Shown piece after piece: positions 25,601 through 38,081 of a stretch of 64,000 bases of DNA. The notes beneath the pieces were generated by a model. It was not told the DNA's origin and made no database searches. It was given only the letters and a program-made list of their open reading frames with translations. Source of the DNA: Botryllus schlosseri (Eukaryota); assembly GCA_051294905.1 (NCBI GenBank), contig CM119384.1, forward strand, positions 13,206,001 to 13,270,000, written 5' to 3'. The position numbers were made by a program, and so were the translations under genes. The first letter of the stretch is position 1; each line of letters starts with the position of its first letter.

Positions 25601-27139
25601 GCGAGGCAAGATAAATTACATGACTATGGTTAAAAAGAATGGTAGGCCTACCGTATACGAAATTGATGAGTTCAACAAAATCTCTTGTCGACTGTCGTAT
25701 ATGTTGTCGAAATTGTGACATTGAAACATTGAAATAACGCAAACATCGTCGACGATCGCTAAAACGTCATTTCACAAAAGTCCCAAAATGACGATGGTGT
25801 GAGACATCAGATTGAATCTCGTACGTTCGGGAGTACATAGTCAGCTTACATATGCCCTATATCATCTGTCTATTGCACATATATGTAGATTGTAGAATGT
25901 AAATATTATAATGAGACACGTTCCTCGTGGCTCACCCCTGCGCGGATCTTTTTCCTCACGAGCATTCGTTTTGAAGCGTCCCTGCCCTAAGCACAGTACA
26001 CGCAACTACTTCACATGCTCTGCAGCATTACTCTGTATAAATGGAATTATCGTCATCTCACAGCGGATGTAAGCCGGGCTCTGTTCGCTTGGAAATGAAT
26101 TAGCTTCGGTCAGTCTAACTCTATATCGGGAGACCCTGCTGCCTAACATGTCCTTATAATAAATAAAAGATATTATTGATGCTGCACCCCTTCGCCTACG
26201 TTGCGTACATATGAGCAGTAGCTTTGTCGAGTTCCTGCCATAAACACCGCACACGGAACCAGTTCATATTAGCGTATGCGTCGGGTTGTCATATTTATGC
26301 CGAGTCATTATAGTTGATATTCTACGTATAGGAGTATTGCCTCTACGAAATCGTTTTTAAGCATGTGGTGGGCGTTGATATGCACGCCTACAATGGGTAG
26401 GGTGAATGATGAACTTGTAACTTGTCTCTTTCCTGTCTCTTCATTGAACATTTTCGTTGCGATTTTTCAGGGATTTGTTGATGATGTCATACCGTATCAT
26501 TTCATGGACCCGATCTTACTTCCCGGTGTGTTGAGTGCGTGCTCAGCTGATATGCTATACATCGTGACTGCTTTTTGCAAAAAAAAGCGTTCTACAACGT
26601 GTATTGAGTGTGTAGCATCGGTAAGAGATTAACCCAGTATTTCTCGGCCTGTATGAATGTACTTTTCGCCCTTTTTGAATCGAGGCACCCTATCAAATGG
26701 ACTAATAGTTCCAGGCACTCCAGCGCGGAAAGCAACTATTCTAAAACCATTTATCTTATCTTCAAAACGAAGTCTCAGGGCTGAATTTCTACACGCACCA
26801 ATGTTGCAGAAAGTAACTGCTACTAATTGCCATACGCGAGTCTGATACTCTATGAATTTTGGTATATATATAATAAATATATGTATAATAATATTGCCAT
26901 CAAATACATGTTTGTTCACTGGTCTGACTAATCTTGAACGTTTACGGCTAAAATTGAACACGCATATCTTGCGTTAAAATGCGGTAAATGCAAGGCGTCG
27001 CAACTGCGAGTCTAGATCCTCTGCCACTGAATCCACAAATCATCATACATATATATGATACATCAGTAGGTGCGCGCACTTTGTATGTCGCCAACAGCGC
27101 AGATAGGTTATATATATAGTGATTTTCCACATTCTGGCC

Positions 27140-27900
27140 AATGTATTTTATCATTCATATTTAATGTTTAACGCGACACAATAACTTCATGTCACGATTA
27201 CATGTGCGATTCATGACGAAATCTCTGATGCCTGCAACGCAAAAGGATGTGCTACCTGCGACAAATCAAAGCAACATATTATATGAATACACGTGCCGAT
27301 GTGATAGTCGGTATGTAGGTCGCACGTCTCAGCGCTTGCAGCAAAGAATTCGCCAGCATGTCCCACGGCAAATTAGAATAACTAATGTTTCTCCAACTCC
27401 TTCTTCTCAGTCTGTTGACACACTGCGTGATTATGATCAAGTTACTGCTTGTAATTCGGCTATTGGACAACATCTCTTATCCCATCCAGAATGTGCTGAT
27501 CATTACAATGACAGTCAATTTTCTATAGTTGCTCGTGGCCGCTCTCTTTTTCTTTCAAAGGTCCTGGAATCTACGATCATAAAGCTGCGAAAGCCGATTC
27601 TCTGTCGCCAGAAGGAACGCCTCTACACTTTTGGAATATTTCAATAATGTTGTGTGTTGTGTTCACGGTTATTTATAACCGAATATGTACTCGTTAATAC
27701 TCGTTAACGTTTGTTTTGTACCGTTACTACCGTATCTTGCCCGTCTACTAGTTGTTTGTTTTTGTTATTATTACGTCACACAGACAAAATAGTTCTTACA
27801 TTTCGAATTTGATTCACCCTATCACTGACGTTCGCTACTGATGAGAGTCAGTCGAAAAGCTTTTAGCGAATAAATCAACAATATGAAGTTATTGTTTCGC
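27140..27900 (+). mobile_element. 5'-truncated Penelope-like element: uninterrupted GIY-YIG ORF plus 3' pLTR
   Basis: ORF 27189-27647: NILYEYTCRCDSRYVGRTSQRLQQRIRQH...SAIGQHL...LESTII...LCRQKE (PLE-type GIY-YIG with CxC and H/H), followed by a hammerhead and AATAAA at 27869. Confidence 0.92.
27831..27870 (+). ncRNA. Minimal type I hammerhead ribozyme
   Basis: TTCGCTA-CTGATGA-GA-GTCAG-TC-GAAA-AGCT-TT-TAGCGAA: 7-bp stem I, intact core, 2-bp stem II, palindromic stem III AAGCTT, predicted cleavage after 27863. Confidence 0.9.
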
Positions 27901-29032
27901 GTTATTCTGAAGTTCTGTACCACAAATGGCTTATTTAATGTTTGTGATGGCAATTAATGAGTCACAATGGTCTGGACATGAGTCTGGAGGGCTTGTTGCT
28001 ACAATTCGGCGACCAGCGCTGAAAAAGATTCCAACCGGTTTTATTTGAAAGCTAATAATCAAAATAATGTCACTTTTATTCCGAAGATGCCAATATCATT
28101 TTAAACAGGGAACTAATAAACTATTCCTCCACAGTCACACTGTGATATGAAAATCTTCATGTTTCCGTGTAATCGCACAGCAGCGACATAATGCGATGTC
28201 TATTGTATCAAAACTATGTATCCAGTTTGTGTTGTGATGTATTCCGGCCCCCTTGGTGAATTTTACGTCGTAAATCGGCGGTGCCAGTTGCCAGTACCTC
28301 TTCGGTCACCACCCGCGACCACGCCGGGTTTTAAATGTACGGTATCTGCACCTAACGGGCTCAAGCTAAGCAATGTAGGTTACTAGGCAATAGTCTTGCA
28401 GTACCTCACCTGACACCCTTGCTCATTCAAAATGACGCCCCGACTGAGAACCACAGGCCTAACGCCATCTATATTCTATGCTAGAGCACTTTCGTCGTAT
28501 CCTGTTCCTTCCGAATATTTATTAAACAGCGGAGTCATTTAGATATCGGGACTCGGGATCTTACGGTCACCGGAAATTAGTATAACATAGGATAAAACTG
28601 AAACCAACGGGTAGTCGTCACATTGCTTACGTCGTACCACCGCACGCGCACAGAATTCAAAACAATAGTCAGCAAGAAATGAATTCTACGAAAGTGATGC
28701 AATATAAAATTGGGCACGATATACCCTTGGCAGGTAGACAGAGGAAACAACCGGTTAATTTCACTTTGCTTCACTTAGCCGCTGCGGCACCGACTACTCC
28801 GAGTCTCAGATCTGAACATGAGTTCTGGATGGAAAATTCGATTGCCTCAACTTTTAAACTAGAATACAGTTTCGAGATTTGTAAAGTGGTCAACAAAATT
28901 GAACAATGGAAATATAGTCATCGGGAGCGTCGGGGAGAGTGTATGAAAGGATATCCGGCTTAACGAAGAAGACAGTTTACTTCAGGAAATCCAACAACGC
29001 CAACATCCAATCATAGTTACTATAGACTAGAC

Positions 29033-30403
29033 CAGCGGTTCTCAACCGGGGGTCCGCGAAGCAATTTCAGGGGGTCCGCGAGACCTCTAAATTTTTCGAA
29101 TGGTTGCTAACCTAATTATCATTTTATTTTTTAATTTGAGAAAGCATGAGGCAGTTTCGCACCACAACTACCAAAATCTCATGACTATCGTATTGTGGAA
29201 ACTCATTTTCATTGCCAATTTTCCAATAACCTACTGATACAAACATATTGCTGTTTGGAGACGTTTTGCTGGGGTTTGTGGAAAAAATAAAGTTATGGAG
29301 GTAGTAACGTCAATCAGGGTGACTTCGTAATGTTTGCGTAACCTTCTCGATTTGAAGTCGTCAGTCTCATCAAATTAGTGAACAGTCGTTTGAAATATAA
29401 ATTTCCGAAGTATTTCCACAATTTGTCCCAATGCAAGGAACAGCTTCTTGGAGGTCCAGAACTTTAATATGCAATTGAATAGTATATTCATATTGAAATG
29501 AACCCGAATATTTTCGGCTGACACTCGTCATAAATCGGACAATGATATACCTGCTCCTAAAGCTCGACAATCAGATTTGGCGCATTCTTATTGCGGATGC
29601 CCTATCGACAAGGCTGATTTTTTTTTATGAACAAGGAGTGTTTCGTTGCTATCAAGGCATTACGCTTCAACCCTGAAATTCATATCACCAGTTATATTGG
29701 TATGCACTATGCAGCCTTGTCTTTTTAATGTTCAATTGTTCATGGTCGAAAATGTTTGCTCGTAAATATATATATAAACCTGAACAGAACAAGTCGTTTC
29801 ATGACAGTCTTTCTCTGGTTAGAAAACGTGGATCCATTCTTTGGAGCATAAAATTTGTCTATACTTTTAGATTAGGATTTCACTTTGACAGTAGAAACTC
29901 TCTGCGGGCCGAATCCTGCCGGTTGTCCGTATATGCTGCCCGTCCCTGCGCTAGATGATGGACGTGATATGTTCTTGAAATATGTGTTTCTTCATTTTGA
30001 TGCCATAAATGTTGCGATCGCACCAAAAGTATCGTCGGAAGCGTTATGCGTTAATATTGCATTAGCTTCCATTATCTTTGCGGAAATGGTTTTCGGCACT
30101 CCTCGTTCAAATCAAAACGAAGACGCGGATTTTCAAGACACGACCACGTACTTCAAGAAATACAGCAGCAAAATTAGTTTTGAAATAATAAAAGTCCACC
30201 AATTTCTACATAAATAGTATGATGTTATCATCAAGAAAAGTCATTATTTTTCTGTTTATCACAAGCCTACAGTTCATATTTGCACAAGACAGATGAAGGT
30301 TGCACCATAATAGAGCTAAAATTGAACTAAAACTTGAGGGGGTCCGCGAGGGTCCGTGATGGTCAAAAGGGGTCCGCGAAGCCAAAAAGGTTGGGAACCA
30401 CTG
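29033..30403. mobile_element. hAT (Buster-type) non-autonomous element
   Basis: Termini CAGCGGTTCTCAACC / GGTTGGGAACCACTG; perfect TSD GACTAGAC; GGGGTCCGCG subterminal motifs. Confidence 0.92.
29440..29531 (-). mobile_element. Penelope pLTR fragment with truncated hammerhead, inside the hAT element
   Basis: Matches 12947-13037; the minus strand reads TGACGAGTGTCAGCCGAAAATATTCGGG but the first core C and the 5' stem I strand are missing. Confidence 0.8.
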
Positions 30404-31392
30404 GACTAGACGGTTAAACGCAAAAGATCGAAGATACAGATCGAATATGAAAAGATCTTTGAAAGTAAAAGTCAATTTAACAAGATGAAGCAATCTGTCT
30501 TGACGGACATCTCCTTGACGACATTTCATCGATTTGTAACAGACGCGTTCTCAGTTCCATGCGATGTAGCTGTCGCAGCCATTTTCATGCGGTCCCGACT
30601 CCCGACAATGGTTGACTTGAAGTCTCGGATACCGATAAAATTGCCCGTGCGTTGAATTCGACATGCGGAAGGCGGCTGCATTTACATCCGTTACTCAAAT
30701 TTCTGTTGACTGTATAGTGAATATACAGATTCAGAACAGACAATGACTTCGAAAACTACAGTGTTGCTATACCCTACAATTTGCCGGATCGAATATGCGT
30801 GGGGTGTGAGGATTATAGGCCTACTTGATCATTACACCAGGTCGCAAAATGATGAAGCCAAAACTTGTTTACCAGTACCACGCATTAACTACACTTTCCA
30901 TTGTTATCAATGCTAATGGCGACATGCAGTCCGCTACTATGAGCAATGCTTCCTAGGTTACACTTGGAATGCGTGCCTCTTCGTTACCAAGCATTGCAAT
31001 GTGTTTGCGGTGATTAACCGGCCATGGGTTGCTTCTCCACGCCACTTTAAACTACTTGTTTTATGTGGGTATTACAATTCATACTGTGGTATATAGGCTA
31101 TATGTTCATAATTTAGCAGTGGTTTTTGTCATGACTGATAGCGAGAAATGTCAAATACATGTTACGTTTTGTAATGACACTGGAATGACCAGGAGGTCAA
31201 AACAGCTCTAGCTTTCCGATATGCTGGCGTTATGATGTCATCTTCGTTGTTTAGAATCCATTGAGTCTGTGACAGCACGTTTTTGTTTGAAATTACCCCT
31301 CCCTCCCTCAATTTCCATCCTGATCCATCCCATACGCATAAAATGAACAATGAGCATCATACATGAAAAGGATGCCAACAAAGGGGAAAACT

Positions 31393-31580
31393 TTAAAGGA
31401 GCCACTTGCCTAGACAGTAGACAATCACCTGAGCATCACCGGCATCCTGTCGAAAACACGCTCTCGCTTTACTGTAAAGATATTCCGGTGCAGCCGAGTA
31501 TAAAAACGGATTCAACATGCTGTTTAATGGAATAATTACGAACGCGGCAATGATTGTTAGATGAAGTTTCTTGGACAACC
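31393..31580 (-). CDS. GPCR copy B exon, TM7 and C-tail (GLSKKLHLTIIAAFVIIPLNSMLNPFLYS...)
   Basis: TTTTACAG acceptor, phase 1 matching the previous donor; PLNSMLNPFLY matches the RXFP/GRL101-type PINSALNPILY. The 3' end is either the stop at 31393 or a splice to a candidate terminal exon at 30585-30709. Confidence 0.88.
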
Positions 31581-33102
31581 CTGTAAAATAAATTGTCATC
31601 ACCATGACATAGAACGATGAAAGATAGCAATATCCGTACGATTTATACGGGGAAAGGATTTGATGTCACTCGCAACGCTTATATGATCTCTTAAATAATG
31701 TGAATATGATGAGAACCTTCGAAAGGGTGATACCAATAGCAAAATTTCGATGGATTGGACAGAATATCAAAATAATTGACTTCACCATAATAAAAGAAGT
31801 GCATGATTGGCCAATGGCTTGATATCTCTCATAAAACGATATGCCATAGCGCAAACTCTGCGCTATATGAACCAGTTGAGATGTAGCATTTCATATTCTA
31901 GTTGATATTTGAAATTCCTGGCCGACTTTGGCCCGACAATCATTATAAGGCATAAGCGACCGGCCAGGACGCTACATAACTCAAATTCTAACATATAAGA
32001 AATTTGTACAAATTGCTGGCCTGATTCGAACTTTCATTGAGCATTATTCACTGCTTTCAAACAGAACTCGACCAATGATCTCGATCGCCCCACATCATTA
32101 TTAAACAATGTCCTAGGATTTGATGGTAAAGCCAGCTTCATTGACGACTCGTAGGAGCCAGTGTCTCATGAGTTGAACAAAATCCATTCATGGAAGCAAA
32201 GAAAAGCGCCTAAGAATTAACCCTGACAATATTAAAATTTTCCTGTCTCTCGAATCAGCATCCATCCAACCTTTTCCAGCATTGCCTTTGGAAACTGTTC
32301 AGTGTTCACCTTCTAATTATCACGGTCCACCGGCATGTCACGTAGACTAAAATATATTATCGTACAATTATTATCGGTCGGTGTACTTTTCAATCTTTCA
32401 TTCGCACCTGCGCTATTGTATTAGTGTAAGGGCGTAAACTCATCATGAACATATTTCAAGCCTATCATCACCCTTTAAAATAGCGCGGTTTCCGCGGTTA
32501 TTGTTACCGTCATAAATTTCAGGCATAATACAAAAAAAAAACGGTTATCATTTATAGACTAGAATAGATTATATCTCCAAGTTGTTTTCTCATGCATACT
32601 TCGTAACATATGTATGGAGCCTATACTTAGAGTTGCATTTAAAACAAAAATAAATTTAAACAAACATGTTTAAAACATGGCCCATGTTCAAAACATGTTT
32701 TTATTAGCCATGATGTCACGAATCTTTAATTGTGACGTCACAATGAAATGACACTTACAATGGAAAATTGAGGTGAATATAGCTCCTTTAGCGAAAGAGG
32801 CTTACGAACTCTGTGTTAAGCGGACCAAAAAATATGTTTGGCCAGGACCGTGGTCATCATCATCGGAACACCAATTCCGTACCAACGATATAAAACTGTA
32901 CGCGCTATAGCTGTGAAACCGATGACGATTTAGTTACATATCGTGTACGTCTCTGCCCTTTGTCATCACTTGGTCCGTACCGGGTTTTCACTGGTGTAAC
33001 AAAAGTAATTAATTGGTTAATTAATCTATCAACAGCGTCAGTGTGTTCCTCTATTTGACGACAACTGGTGCGATAAGTATCTAGAAAATCGAATTCGCTT
33101 AC

Positions 33103-33287
33103 CGCTCTCGCCAGACGGTTGACATGCTGAAGGTGAGTCATGGAAAATGTGCACAATACCAACGATACATATAGGCATCCAGCATACGAAGTCACTTGCT
33201 AGAATAAAGAATATCTTCCTCCTCAATTTGAGAACATCGCTGGTAGCTGGACTGCTATTTCCGTTCACCTTATCCTCCAAATGCTTC
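33103..33287 (-). CDS. GPCR copy B exon, ICL3-TM6 (KHLEDK...KLRRKIFFILASDFVCWMPICIVGI...)
   Basis: SDFVCWMP matches the LGR-type TDFxCWxP; G|GTAAG donor; the only phase-compatible acceptor is a weak GAG, so the 5' boundary is uncertain. Confidence 0.8.
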
Positions 33288-34384
33288 CTCGAATTCATAG
33301 ATCATGGAGTTATATAACATACAAATGTATACGATAGCTATGTTGGAACCGCGGCTGCCAATCAATGGCAATGACTAATTAACATTTTATCAATATTTAT
33401 AAAATTGAGTTTTCAAGCACAATCTGATCCTGCAGTGGATTTTCGTCACATATTCATGGACGAAAGTCATGGAAGCCAGGTATACTACTACACCACCTCC
33501 TATTTCCCTATGTAGCCTATAGTGTCAGTCTGAATTTGTTGGGGGGGGGGTGCCATTTCTGAAATGGATTGCTATGGTATGGTATGATTAACCGTGTGAT
33601 TATAGGTCTACATCAGGGGTTTCCTGGAGGCCAGGAGGTCAAAACACGCACTCAACTCATATATTTGTGATGGCACGCCATCATTGGTCATCAGTGGTTG
33701 CATGCAATTAGGCCCGATCGGTAGTGGAATTGTGACTATTGTCGAGGTACGTCATGTGCAATGGCGTAGTCAGGAGAGGTTGTGGTTCAAAATCTAAAGA
33801 ACGACCTTCTAAAATGCCAATTATATTACCAATATTTATAAGCTCACTTGCAATCAAGCAATTGGTATCACGTTGTTGCGTTTCTACCAAACAATACGAT
33901 GACACTTTTCAAGGGAAAGCCTCAGATTTGACTTGATATCTTAAGGGGAACAGCAGAAGGTCACACTGTTTTGCAATAAATATTTATTAGACTATCATAT
34001 AATCATATTCTAGTTTTGTTCTTTTAACATTCCATTGATGCACATGCACTTTGTGTAGCAGTAATATATAGTAATGTATTGAGTATATAGTTAGATGCAC
34101 ATTGTGATGGATTTTTGTTTTAATGATTTGGGGTTCTCTGGAGGGTTGCAGATTAGCGTAAGTGTTCCCAAGGTTAGTAAAGGTTAAGAACCACTGGACT
34201 CTATATTGAACATTTTATATAAGATGCTGTGCCTGCAAGTTTGGATTTTATGCTGGCGTATTCGGTATTTGCAAATATTAATATTATTTTTTATCATTCT
34301 ATCACAAACGGTAGCGCGTATCGCCAGTTTAGGCCTTCTGCACCACTGTTATGGGTTTCGTAAGTTGCATTTTGTAATGCTGCT

Positions 34385-34572
34385 NNNNNNNNNNNNNNNN
34401 NNNNNNNNNNNNNNNNNNNNNNNNNNNNNNNNNNNNNNNNNNNNNNNNNNNNNNNNNNNNNNNNNNNNNNNNNNNNNNNNNNNNNNNNNNNNNNNNNNNN
34501 NNNNNNNNNNNNNNNNNNNNNNNNNNNNNNNNNNNNNNNNNNNNNNNNNNNNNNNNNNNNNNNNNNNNNNNN
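34385..34572. other. Assembly gap (188 N)
   Basis: Run of N within a copy B intron. Confidence 1.
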
Positions 34573-34855
34573 TCTGATGCTGAGTCTACAGCTAAACTCA
34601 CTCTGTCTCTGGGTGTTTGAACACGGTGTATCTACAGGGGGATCGGCGATGACGAACCGAAATATCTAATTGTATTATGGTTTGTCGAGGTCATTTGTAT
34701 ATGACAAAGTATGTGCTAGATTATGAAAGGGGTTGTTTTAAACCGGGCTGGTATAGTAGCAGCATGCTGTCTCCTAAAACCACGTATACGCGAGCATGCG
34801 AAGAATCTTCATCATGCAGAAATGAAGGTAATATATATATAATAATTTGATTAAC

Positions 34856-35077
34856 CTGTCTGTGTAAAGAGTCATATATCCAGCAGCCATTGCGGTGAAG
34901 CAAACTATGTTGATTATATATATCATCAATGTCCAAGGCCATGCATTTTCTCCAAGGTTCGTGAATAAATTGGGAATGCATAGTTTAAATTGATGGTAAT
35001 ACCCGTACCGGTGCACGATTGTGACATTGAAGATTTCACGGAAAAAGTAATGAATTTGGGCCCAGGATCCAAGCGGT
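34856..35077 (-). CDS. GPCR copy B exon, ECL2-TM5 (PLGSWAQIHY...YGYYHQFKLCIPNLF...AWPWTLMIYIINIVCFTAMAAGYMTLY)
   Basis: TTTCAG acceptor, AG|GTTAAT donor, 222 nt, phase 2-2; ECL2 CxP and TM5 N..xF...Y motifs of LGR-type receptors. Confidence 0.87.
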
Positions 35078-35854
35078 CTGAAATTGAAGAACTATTTTTC
35101 AATTGTGTAATGAAATATTATTTGAGTGTGTAAGTATTAGGGGAAAATTGAACAATCACTATGCATAACACTTCTGTCTTCCATACATTCTGAATAACTT
35201 TCTCATGTATTGGGTCAGGAAGATAACGCTGGTCAGTGGCCATTTTAAAACGGATATGTGATTATGTGATTCCAGAAGAGTTTTATCCACTGATTCCGGA
35301 TCTGCCTTTATTTATTTGCTCGCACATTCGGTTTTTGAGATATTCGCATTTTAAATTATCACAGTTATGCTAATATCTTCATAATAGGAAGATTGCGAAG
35401 TACATTGTAATCCAATAGTGACGTAACTGGTGAAGCATTATATATGTGCGAGACTGTTGTCGTGGATAATTACGGTATAAAGGGGAATTTCGATCTTCAT
35501 TGTTGCAAAAAAATGTTTTTGGGCAGTTAATTCCAGTTGTAGATACTGCAGTATGCAGCATGCTTGGGATGGGGTGTATGTATTTTGTTTGATTAAATTA
35601 TAATTAGGCATTCTATTTCGTGATCAATAAAAAAGTAGGTACCGCGATTCACATCATATACTATACATCTTATTCAACTGGTATACACAATTAGCTGCAC
35701 AATAGAACGTGGTCGCTGTCTTTTGCTGTCCCCACAATATGGCGAGGGCCCATTGACCACATTTAGGACAGCTATTCCTGCCTATCAGTGTGTAAGGGTT
35801 TTCTTCAAAAAGAAAAATTGTATATCCTAACTTAGACAAAACGATGCTTTAACA

Positions 35855-36771
35855 CAGGGGTGGGCAAACTTTTGAGTTCGCGGGCCGCATTCGACATCTG
35901 AATCCATTCGCGGGCCGCACTATATAAAATTGGGACTATACACCAAAACGCAGTAGTGGTGTTTGATTATATCACATAGTGATGACATGAAGATAATATA
36001 TATGCTGATTCAATGCAAGCCAAACATTACTTTGATGGTATCGGACAAGCGTGAGAAACAGTGGCGAGATTTCATAGGCTGTTCGACCGCAATATCCAAT
36101 TTATCGGTTGTCCCGAATCTCAGAACAGGATTAAAATTTAAATCTGTGAGCAGCGATCTGATCATAGATTTACCAATTCCACTTTTGGTACAGTTCCAGG
36201 ACACACAATGCTGACAGCATCATAACCATGTTAACTTCATACACGCTTCTACTATGTGTAGATAAAATATAAATCCTCTAATTGTACGCGTACAGAGAAC
36301 GAATCTACCCAAGACACGCGCGAATCGTTATTATAAGCTCACCACTGAAATAATTAAAACTGGACTGGCCAATCTGAAATCACACTCGTGATCCGAATTA
36401 TGTCAATGTCGTTTAGGACTTCTGTGATGTTTACCAGTTGAAACCTTTTAAACTGCGTGGGCCTTGAGATCGGGCTGTCGTGCCAGAAATTGAACATAAA
36501 GCGAAAAAAATTTCAGTTGAGCTCAGCTTCGCGTCCCCTTCAGATGCTTTCACGACCCCCAAGGAGGGTGCGCCCATCCGTTTGACAACCACTGTCTTAG
36601 AAATATTATGGTGATGCATACTAAGAAATATGTAAATCAAGTTAATTTTAATTCGAATTTTATTATGCATTTTATCAATATTTTTGATAAGTTTCTTTAG
36701 ACTCTCGCGGGCCGCACAGAACGATGTCGAGGGCCGCATGCGGCCCGCGGGCCGTAGTTTGCCCACCCCTG
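35855..36771. mobile_element. hAT (Buster-type) MITE
   Basis: TIR CAGGGGTGGGCAAAC / GTTTGCCCACCCCTG; perfect TSD CTTTAACA; GCGGGCCGC motifs. Confidence 0.93.
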
Positions 36772-36839
36772 CTTTAACATGTTCCGCCTCCGTCTCATGA
36801 TGGCATTGTATCTGTTTATTGTATCTGTCCCTTTGCGCC

Positions 36840-36960
36840 CTGACTGGAGTCAGATTTGAATCAGTAGTGAATATTAAAAATCACTCGACTTGACTCCAGC
36901 CAAAACTATACAGATACATTGACTTGTGACTCGGAACCATGAGACTTGGTTACAACCCTA
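36840..36960. mobile_element. Terminal fragment of the GACTCGAGTC family
   Basis: Ends GACTTGGTTACAACCCTA, the reverse complement of the 2042 terminus. Confidence 0.6.
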
Positions 36961-37071
36961 CTATATATATACCCAATATCCACACAGTATGCATGAACTG
37001 TTTCTAAAAAGAAATATACCCGCCTTTCCCGCATCACACTTATTCATTATCAAGTTATGTTATGTATCAAC

Positions 37072-38081
37072 TAGAAATGGTGTGAACGTGAGGTTCACGT
37101 TCGCGTTCCATGGGTGAACCTCATAAATTTAGAGGTTCACGTATACAAACGAACCTTGGTAGGTTCTGCACTGTGAACCTTTTATATATATTACAATTTT
37201 CATATCATTATAACATCTTTGGTCGAAATTTACTTCATTTCGACCGCGGGTCACTCTATTCATGGCGGCGCTAGCAGCATAAAAAAATCAACACGTAACG
37301 AGCATGCACCTTGACAATCTCAAAAATTTTACTTGCTTTGGTACAAATAACGTTGCGCGAAATATCCAGTTTTCCGTTCGTGAATATTTCCTGACACTCT
37401 GCAGTGAGCTTGACCCGTAGTCACACAACATCAAGAGCGAAATAAGCTACATGTAGCTAGTCAGAGAATGATGCTTTTTCAACCGATCAATGAAATTGAT
37501 ATTATCGTCTGATGTAAAAATCTGGCAAGTGTACGGGGTCCATCTTGACTTCATATGTTTACTGTATCATAAAAACCAAATCCGTGCTAATGGGGTGTTG
37601 GCTACTGCTGTATAACTTGTTAATGGGGTAATATCGGTAACAAGTATAGAAACCCGTTTTACATTCTGGTCAATATCAACGTAGCAACAATCAGACGCCG
37701 AATATATTGTCCGATCTGGCCTAGACTGTTAAGGCGTAAGCTTATATTCTCTTGCAAGTCATCGTCGAAATCATTGGCAGAGCGACGAAATACATTGATT
37801 TTATGGGATTATTATATCATTTGATTGCCCCAGTTGATACATTCGGCGACGTTTATGAAGTCAGTATATACTTCAGCATCGTGATATGATATGGCCGGAG
37901 TTGTCGCTAGGTATCGTGTACAACTGTCCATTAATGTATCCCTTCACTGAAATGTAGGGTTGGAATTAGCAATTTCACGTCACGTGACGCCATGATGTTC
38001 ACGTTCGCGTTCATACAGAACCTTTCAAAAAGGTTCGCGTTCACACGAACCTGAACCTTTCAGAGGTTCACACCATCTCTA
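37072..38081. mobile_element. TAGGGATGGTGTGAAC-family element, uninterrupted copy
   Basis: Termini TAGAAATGGTGTGAAC / GTTCACACCATCTCTA; GTTCACG/CGTGAAC subterminal repeats; no clear TSD. Confidence 0.85.

Noticed and set aside
26629-26961. Penelope RT coding region upstream of the GIY-YIG ORF
   Set aside because: No RT motifs recognised on either strand.
34206-34601. ORFs 34206-34577 and 34329-34601
   Set aside because: Artefacts of translating through the N gap.
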